NCBI GenBank assembly: GCA_964468425.1
Contig: CAYXSZ010000023.1
Coordinates: forward strand, 1-5,121
Direction of reading: 5' to 3'
Length of the DNA: 5,121 bases
From: Candidatus Woesearchaeota archaeon
GTDB taxonomy: Archaea; Nanobdellota; Nanobdellia; Nanobdellales; Nanobdellaceae
In this document: in pieces, positions 1 through 3,662 of the stretch
How the letters are laid out: every line of letters starts with the position of its first letter
Numbering within the stretch: the first letter of the stretch is position 1
The notes under the pieces: generated by a model
Seen by the model: only the letters and a program-made list of their open reading frames with translations
What the model was told of the DNA's origin: nothing
Database searches by the model: none
Program-made: the position numbers and the translations under genes

Positions 1-1
1 A

Positions 2-328
2 ATAACATCAATGATATCTCTTCTTGCCGTATTGTTCTTTGTTTTGCCAGAACAAGTTTCGGTTCAACTGTTTGTATATCCCAAGCAAGCGTACATTTCT
101 CAGCAGGTTTCCATACAAGGAAATATCGCGATAGACGCCAATCCCGCGAGCGGTTCTGTTAGATTGATAATTTCTGGTCCTGTGAGTAAAACTGAAGTTG
201 TACATCTAACTAATGGAAGGTTCAAGTACACTTATACTCCGATGAGCCCGGGAGACTACAAAGTCAAGATTATTTACGTTTATAAAGGTAGAGAGTATAC
301 AGCAGAGGATCGATTTAAGGTGCAATGA
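2..328 (+). CDS. Hypothetical secreted or membrane-anchored protein with a hydrophobic N-terminal segment and one Ig-like beta-sandwich domain. Probably 5'-partial; an alternative start is the ATG at 11.
   Basis: The frame is open to the left edge (ITS precedes M at 11). The hydrophobic stretch SLLAVLFFVLP has no basic n-region if translation starts at 11, so an upstream start is likely. The remaining ~85 aa show alternating beta-strand patterns and a G-x-F-x-Y-T-Y-T-P-x(3)-G-D-Y-K-V-K-I motif typical of Ig-like, CARDB or Big-type domains. The TGA stop overlaps the next ATG (ATGA, 325-328). Confidence 0.6.
   Translation: MTSMISLLAVLFFVLPEQVSVQLFVYPKQAYISQQVSIQGNIAIDANPASGSVRLIISGPVSKTEVVHLTNGRFKYTYTPMSPGDYKVKIIYVYKGREYTAEDRFKVQ
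317..322 (+). promoter_or_regulatory. Shine-Dalgarno-like AAGGTG for ORF2
   Basis: It matches part of GGAGGUGA. It sits 2 nt before the ATG at 325, or about 4 nt if aligned on the GGAGG core. Confidence 0.35.
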
Positions 329-1053
329 AGCGATCCATTTCTTGGATAGAGTTTCTAATTACGTTAGGAATATTTATTATGGTAATTCTTTGGTTTTTTC
401 AAAGTTTTTTGAATTTTTCAAAGACTCTTCGCTTTCAGTTAAATGAGTTCGAAAATGTTCAAAAGGCTATTGACATTGCAATGTATCTTTTATCGTTCGA
501 TGATCTGCATGCAACAAACTACGATGCCATTTCAAAAGTTATTCAAAGTAACTACAACTTCGCATTATTTAATTACAAAGAAAAACCTTTTGTTATTTTC
601 TTAAAGCCATACTCGAAGCCATCCTGTAGCGACTGCGTATATTTTTTCTATAACACTTCAAATTCGTGCTACGAATTTTACGAGAGCGCTAGCTTAAACT
701 ACACCACGAACATAGAAGTTATAATATTCTCTAAAAAGTACCCTTCGATCGCAAAAATAGGAAATCCTAACATAGTGTGCTACGATTTCCTTAATGTCTC
801 TATAGCCAAACTAGGAAGTGTAAGAACATTCAAGTATTGTGAAATAAACTTGTACAAGAATACGGGAGTGCTATTATGTGATATAGAGGATATTATCATC
901 GTTGACAAGTATAGAAGTCTGTTGAATTTGCTCTTGGGAAATTCTTATACATTTTCAGAAAAAGGGGCAAACTTTACAAGTCCTACAGAGACCCTTACAT
1001 TTTTCAAACTCGGAAATAATTCCATAAATTTCATAACGCTAAACGTCAAATAA
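325..1053 (+). CDS. Hypothetical extracellular protein with a type IV pilin-like (class III signal peptide-like) N-terminus. The globular part is Cys- and sequon-rich, and I do not recognise its family.
   Basis: 242-aa ORF. The N-terminus MKRSISWIEFLITLGIFIMVILWFF is a short basic leader followed by a ~20-aa hydrophobic helix, and a predicted amphipathic helix comes next. The rest is beta-rich with 6 Cys and 6 N-x-S/T sequons (NFS, NTS, NYT, NVS, NFT, NNS). AAGGTG (317-322) sits just upstream and the start overlaps the upstream stop. Confidence 0.7.
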   Translation: MKRSISWIEFLITLGIFIMVILWFFQSFLNFSKTLRFQLNEFENVQKAIDIAMYLLSFDDLHATNYDAISKVIQSNYNFALFNYKEKPFVIFLKPYSKPSCSDCVYFFYNTSNSCYEFYESASLNYTTNIEVIIFSKKYPSIAKIGNPNIVCYDFLNVSIAKLGSVRTFKYCEINLYKNTGVLLCDIEDIIIVDKYRSLLNLLLGNSYTFSEKGANFTSPTETLTFFKLGNNSINFITLNVK

Positions 1054-1063
1054 ATTTAAATTT
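1052..1063 (+). promoter_or_regulatory. Putative TATA box for tRNA-Lys, a perfect 12-nt palindrome AAATTTAAATTT
   Basis: This is the only strong A/T box between the ORF2 stop (1051-1053) and the tRNA. TTTAAATT (1055-1062) ends 25 nt before G1 of the tRNA. Confidence 0.45.
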
Positions 1064-1087
1064 GTTTTCCAAATGTGTTATACAAAT

Positions 1088-1162
1088 GGGCCCGTAGCTC
1101 AGCCTGGTTAGAGCGGCGGGCTTTTAACCCGCAGGTCGCGGGTTCGAATCCCGCCGGGCCCG
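1088..1162 (+). tRNA. tRNA-Lys (anticodon UUU), 75 nt, with no intron and no encoded CCA
   Basis: Hand-folded cloverleaf. Acceptor GGGCCCG/CGGGCCC; U8 A9; D-stem GCTC/GAGC with D-loop AGCCTGGTTA (GG present). Anticodon stem GCGGG/CCCGC with loop CT-TTT-AA. Variable loop AGGTC; T-stem GCGGG/CCCGC with loop TTCGAAT; discriminator G1162, followed by CTT. Confidence 0.95.
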
Positions 1163-1175
1163 CTTAAATGCTTTG

Positions 1176-1213
1176 GTTTAAAAATCTAAGCAGAATGGAA
1201 ATTCTTTTTAAAC
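1176..1213. repeat. Perfect 9-bp inverted repeat GTTTAAAAA (1176-1184) / TTTTTAAAC (1205-1213) with a 20-nt spacer
   Basis: Read directly from the sequence. The right arm is the putative S19e TATA box. The left arm is the same box in the opposite orientation, just 3' of the tRNA. Confidence 0.8.
1205..1212 (+). promoter_or_regulatory. Putative TATA box (TTTTTAAA) for S19e
   Basis: The A/T box ends 21 nt before the ATG at 1234. No Shine-Dalgarno-like purine run lies in between. The same 9-mer TTTTTAAAC precedes pfdB. Confidence 0.5.
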
Positions 1214-1233
1214 ATTTTCGCAAAAGCTATTCT

Positions 1234-1746
1234 ATGCCAACCGCATACGATGTTCCGGGGCAAATTCTTGTAGAACGCTTAGCTAGAAAACTCTTTGAGG
1301 AATACAATAATCATGTTAAACCACCAAAGTGGGCTTTTTTTGTAAAGACTGGTCCGCACAAGGAAAGACCTCCTGACGATCCGGCGGACAAGGCGTACAA
1401 CGGAAGTCCCGGATGGTGGTACTACAGAGCAGCCTCGATTCTCAGGCAGGTCTATCTAAACGGTCCCATAGGAGTTTCCAGGCTTCGAACAAGATATGGA
1501 GGAATTCGAAAGAGAGGATACGAACCTGGGAGATTTCAAAAGGGGTACGCAAAAATCATTCGAACTATTTTACAACAATTGGAGGAAGCCGGATTAGTTA
1601 AAAAGGTCGAAGATGGAAAAAGAAAAGGAAGAGTGGTTACGGAAAAGGGAAGAAGCTTGATAGATAAAGTTGCCACTGAGATCTACAAAGAGCTCAGAAA
1701 GGAAAGGGAAAGTGCGGTTCAATACGCCTCCCAGCTAATTAAATAA
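1234..1746 (+). CDS. rps19e: 30S ribosomal protein S19e (eS19)
   Basis: MPTAYDVPGQILVERLARKL...VKPPKWAFFVKTGPHKERPP...WWYYRAASILRQVYLNGPIGVSRLRTRYGG...RGYEPGRFQKG...IIRTILQQLEEAGLV...GRVVTEKGRSLIDKVA matches the conserved S19e pattern along its whole length. The start was moved from the ORF-track ATG at 1168 to the ATG at 1234, where family conservation begins. Confidence 0.9.
   Translation: MPTAYDVPGQILVERLARKLFEEYNNHVKPPKWAFFVKTGPHKERPPDDPADKAYNGSPGWWYYRAASILRQVYLNGPIGVSRLRTRYGGIRKRGYEPGRFQKGYAKIIRTILQQLEEAGLVKKVEDGKRKGRVVTEKGRSLIDKVATEIYKELRKERESAVQYASQLIK
1739..1746 (+). promoter_or_regulatory. Putative TATA box (TTAAATAA) for the L37Ae operon, overlapping the S19e stop codon
   Basis: The spacing to the ATG at 1768 is 21 nt, the same as the S19e and SepF boxes. 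No SD is present. Confidence 0.4.
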
Positions 1747-1748
1747 AC

Positions 1749-1753
1749 TTTTT
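1749..1753 (+). terminator. Oligo-T tract (T5) 2 nt after the S19e stop, a possible archaeal intrinsic terminator
   Basis: The sequence is TAAACTTTTTG. Archaeal RNAP terminates at oligo-T runs. T5-T6 runs also occur inside CDSs here, so specificity is weak. Confidence 0.25.
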
Positions 1754-1767
1754 GATTAACAATTAAA

Positions 1768-1989
1768 ATGCCCTCCCATACCAAGAAGCTTGGACCTGCC
1801 GCTCGTTTTGGGGTACGTTACGGAAGGAGTATAAGAGAAAAAGTGGCAGAAATAGAATCGCTTTATAAAAACAAAATGTTAAAATGTCCGTTTTGCAGAT
1901 ATGAAGCTGTAAAAAGAGTCGCCTACGGAATCTGGAGGTGCAAGAAGTGTGGAAAAACATTTGCAGGAAAAGCCTACACACCATGGTAG
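1768..1989 (+). CDS. rpl37ae: 50S ribosomal protein L37Ae (eL43), zinc-ribbon type
   Basis: The sequence shows TKKLGPAARFGVRYG, the zinc ribbon CPFC...CKKC, AVKRVAYGIWRCKKCGKTFAGKAYTP, and the typical ~73-aa length. Confidence 0.9.
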   Translation: MPSHTKKLGPAARFGVRYGRSIREKVAEIESLYKNKMLKCPFCRYEAVKRVAYGIWRCKKCGKTFAGKAYTPW

Positions 1990-2123
1990 AGTATCTGTGT
2001 ATTCTCTGCAAAAGAAAAGTTTCTCATGATGTAATCAAAAAAAATATTAAATGTCCGTTCTGTGGTGGCAAAATACTCGTGAAGGTTCGTCCTCCAATCA
2101 CTAAGCTAGTTAAGGCAAGATAG
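1983..2123 (+). CDS. rpoP: DNA-directed RNA polymerase subunit P (Rpo12/RpoP, Rpb12 homologue), 46 aa
   Basis: MVEYLCILCKRKV...IKCPFCGGKILVKVRPP...VKAR is a CxxC...CxxC zinc ribbon with the conserved C-P-x-C-G-x-K-I-L-x-K-x-R-P motif. The ATG at 1983 overlaps the L37Ae stop by 7 nt. The L37Ae-RpoP gene order is conserved in archaea. Confidence 0.85.
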   Translation: MVEYLCILCKRKVSHDVIKKNIKCPFCGGKILVKVRPPITKLVKAR

Positions 2124-2324
2124 ATGTTTGAAGTCGTTATAAAAGTAGATAAAATCTTTGCAGAAGCTATTTCCTTTTTGACGGCCTCCGAAAAAATCGA
2201 GATTAAAGGAGACAAAATCCGTATCAAACACAAAGAAGTTTCAAAGCTTAGAGCAAACACCAACCTGATTCTTAGATGTCTAGGCATCCACCAAAAACTA
2301 AAGGAGTTTATAAACGATGAATGA
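2124..2324 (+). CDS. pcc1: Probable KEOPS subunit Pcc1-like protein, a minimal 66-aa form
   Basis: The ATG directly abuts the rpoP stop (TAGATG). The pattern is beta (FEVVIKVD), helix (IFAEAISFL), beta hairpin (EKIEIKGDKIRIKHK), then a C-terminal helix SKLRANTNLILRCLGI. That helix resembles the Pcc1 signature (...ALRAxxNSxLRxl...) as I recall it. Position downstream of rpoP is typical. The assignment is from memory and is not verified by a search. Confidence 0.5.
   Translation: MFEVVIKVDKIFAEAISFLTASEKIEIKGDKIRIKHKEVSKLRANTNLILRCLGIHQKLKEFINDE
2302..2306 (+). promoter_or_regulatory. Shine-Dalgarno-like AGGAG for the operon-internal ZPR1-type gene
   Basis: AAGGAG lies 10 nt upstream of the ATG at 2317 and is complementary to the conserved CCUCC at the 16S 3' end. 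Confidence 0.45.
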
Positions 2325-2844
2325 TGTAATTTGCCCGTTTTGCGGAAAGAAAAAGCTGAAGCTTAACGAGCTGCTTTATGAGTTGCCCGTAGTTGGAAGA
2401 GCATACATATATTCGTATGTTTGTGAAGAATGTGGTTTTGTTAAGAGAGATGTGCAGCTAATAGACGTAAAGGAGCCAAGAAGATTTATATTCACAGTTG
2501 AGACCCCAAAAGATCTCTATACAAAGATAGTTCGAGCACCAACAGGAAAAATAACGCTCAAAGAGGTTGGAGTAGAAATAATTCCTGGTATTATCGCTGA
2601 AATGTTTATTACGAATGTAGAAGGACTCATTCTAAGAGTTCTAGACATTCTCGAAACGGCTCAGAGATTTCAAGAGCAAGAAAAAAACGAAGAAGGATTG
2701 AAAAAAATTAGTGAAATCAGAAAATATTTAAATCTAGTTTTGGACGGAAAGCAAAAGCTCACAATAGTTATTGAAGACGAAGCTGGAAATTCAGCTATAC
2801 TAAGCGAAAAAGCAAAGGTAGAAAAGATTATACCTCCTCAGTAG
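2317..2844 (+). CDS. ZPR1-type zinc-finger protein (archaeal ZPR1 homologue, C4 Zn finger plus ZPR1 beta-helical domain)
   Basis: CPFCG...x26...CEECG zinc finger, EPRRFIFTVETPKDLYTKIVRAPTGKITLKEVGVEIIPG, ITNVEGLILRVLDILE, and LTIVIEDEAGNSAIL (the family motif DPxGNS). GGAG at 2303-2306 lies 10 nt before the ATG. There is an 8-nt overlap with the upstream gene. Confidence 0.85.
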   Translation: MNDVICPFCGKKKLKLNELLYELPVVGRAYIYSYVCEECGFVKRDVQLIDVKEPRRFIFTVETPKDLYTKIVRAPTGKITLKEVGVEIIPGIIAEMFITNVEGLILRVLDILETAQRFQEQEKNEEGLKKISEIRKYLNLVLDGKQKLTIVIEDEAGNSAILSEKAKVEKIIPPQ

Positions 2845-3205
2845 CTTCTTCTTGTCTCCTTCTATAAATTCTAACGAAGGAAGGAGTGGCGATGATCCAC
2901 TCGTTGCCTACGGAAATTATGTCCCCGTTCATAGCTTCTACAGTTTTCTTGATCCTGTTAACGACCTTTTTAAGCTCAACTATTTCTTTATCCCTAAGTC
3001 TTCTAACATCCACGAAAACGATGTAATTTCCTTCTCTAAGAGTATCTACAACCGCCTTGACGTCGGATACGTCTTTTAACACAAAAACGCGCACGAAAAC
3101 CTTGACTTCTTCGGTTTCGTGTGTGGGAGTTACTTCAATATAACCTTCTTCATGTTTCGATTCCTCCCTCTCTTGCTTCCTGAACAATGAGAAGAGAGAT
3201 ACCAT
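2828..3205 (-). CDS. sepF: Archaeal cell-division protein SepF (FtsZ membrane anchor, DUF552 family)
   Basis: N-terminal amphipathic MVSLFSLFRK (membrane-targeting-helix-like), EGYIEV, and VRVFVLKDVSDVKAVVDTLREGNYIVFVDVRRL...VNRIKKTVEAMNGDIISVGNEWIIATPSFVRI. This matches the conserved SepF core as recalled from haloarchaeal and methanogen SepF. Confidence 0.85.
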   Translation of the reverse strand: MVSLFSLFRKQEREESKHEEGYIEVTPTHETEEVKVFVRVFVLKDVSDVKAVVDTLREGNYIVFVDVRRLRDKEIVELKKVVNRIKKTVEAMNGDIISVGNEWIIATPSFVRIYRRRQEEATEEV

Positions 3206-3226
3206 TATTTAATTAGATACTGCTTA

Positions 3227-3234
3227 ATATAAAA
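3227..3234 (-). promoter_or_regulatory. Putative TATA box (TTTTATAT on the minus strand) for sepF
   Basis: The spacing to the ATG (3205) is 21 nt. No SD-like element is present. Confidence 0.4.
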
Positions 3235-3288
3235 TATTTTCTGTTACTGTCGCCTAGAAACTTTAAATACCTTTCTGTTTTTGCGTAG

Positions 3289-3633
3289 CTATTTTGTTGA
3301 GCGCAAGAACTTTTCAAGTTCGCTTTGCAACTTTTCTAATCTTTCTTTGAGACTCTGCTCTTGTTTCTCCAAAGACTGCAATCGAATCTCGATAACCTCC
3401 TTTTTTTCTTTCAGCTCAGAAAGCACAGCTTCTTTGTTCTTTTCAATCAAAATGTTTCCAACCATTTTATAGACTTTATTGTCTTCTCCTAACTTTTCTA
3501 ACTCTGCAATTGCATTGTCAATTTCATCGTATTGTTGCTTTAATCTTTGCTTTTGCATCAAAATTGCATAAAGCGTTTGCCGAAGAGCTTCAAACTGTTC
3601 AAACTTTTCGTTTATTTCTTTTTCAGTCACCAT
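3289..3633 (-). CDS. pfdB: Prefoldin beta subunit (GimC beta)
   Basis: 114-aa coiled-coil/beta-hairpin/coiled-coil layout. It carries the central motif NKVYKMVGNILIEKNKEAVLSELKEKKEVIEIRLQSLEKQE, typical of archaeal prefoldin beta. Confidence 0.88.
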   Translation of the reverse strand: MVTEKEINEKFEQFEALRQTLYAILMQKQRLKQQYDEIDNAIAELEKLGEDNKVYKMVGNILIEKNKEAVLSELKEKKEVIEIRLQSLEKQEQSLKERLEKLQSELEKFLRSTK

Positions 3634-3653
3634 TCTATTAGTTTGTATTTGCG

Positions 3654-3661
3654 TTTAAAAA
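3654..3661 (-). promoter_or_regulatory. Putative TATA box (TTTTTAAA on the minus strand) for pfdB, 1 nt after the gltX stop
   Basis: The spacing to the ATG (3633) is 20 nt. The 9-mer TTTTTAAAC is identical to the S19e box. Confidence 0.5.
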
Positions 3662-3662
3662 T

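Noticed and set aside
8-205. A 65-aa minus-strand ORF antisense to ORF1
   Set aside because: It overlaps a better-supported plus-strand ORF, has a low-complexity Arg/Asn/Tyr composition, and has no start context or recognisable motif.
394-423. T6, T6 and T5 runs plus a 10-nt direct repeat TTTTTCAAAG (395-404 and 414-423) near the 5' end of ORF2, considered as a slipped-strand phase-variation or internal termination site
   Set aside because: The homopolymers are short (6 nt or less), and similar T6 runs occur in housekeeping genes here (for example 1335-1340 in S19e). The repeat is explained by the repeated Phe-x-x codon pattern of a hydrophobic/amphipathic segment (FFQSFLNFSK).
1088-1162. 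The possibility of a split or intron-containing tRNA, or an encoded CCA tail
   Set aside because: The cloverleaf is complete and colinear with a normal 7-nt anticodon loop. The sequence after discriminator G is CTT, so CCA is added post-transcriptionally.
1168-1233. A 22-codon N-terminal extension of the S19e ORF (MLWFKNLSRMEILFKHFRKSYS), starting 6 nt after the tRNA
   Set aside because: S19e family conservation begins exactly at MPTAYDVPG (ATG 1234). The extension would also run through the A/T promoter box at 1205-1212 and leave no room for a promoter after the tRNA.
1938-1982. A 15-codon upstream extension of the RpoP ORF (MQEVWKNICRKSLHT)
   Set aside because: It lies entirely inside the L37Ae CDS in another frame. 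RpoP homologues are about 45-50 aa and begin near the first CxxC, so the ATG at 1983 gives the canonical protein.
1413-2287. Alternative-frame or antisense ORFs at 1413-1601(+), 1763-2011(-) and 2024-2287(-)
   Set aside because: Each lies wholly within or opposite confidently identified conserved genes (S19e, L37Ae, RpoP, Pcc1-like). Their compositions are typical of shadow ORFs in AT-rich DNA.
2026-2327. C-box-like ATGATGT motifs (2026-2032 and 2321-2327), considered as C/D box sRNA candidates
   Set aside because: Both lie inside CDSs and deviate from RUGAUGA at the last base. I could not find correctly spaced D or D' (CUGA) boxes or terminal complementarity.
3256-3276. A small inverted repeat AGAAA...TTTCT flanking TTTAAATA in the pfdB-sepF intergenic region, considered as a possible terminator hairpin or plus-strand promoter
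   Set aside because: The stem is 5 bp of mostly A/U and would not be stable. A plus-strand promoter here would only drive transcription antisense into pfdB, toward a shadow ORF. It could still be a second TATA-like element, but there is no supporting evidence.
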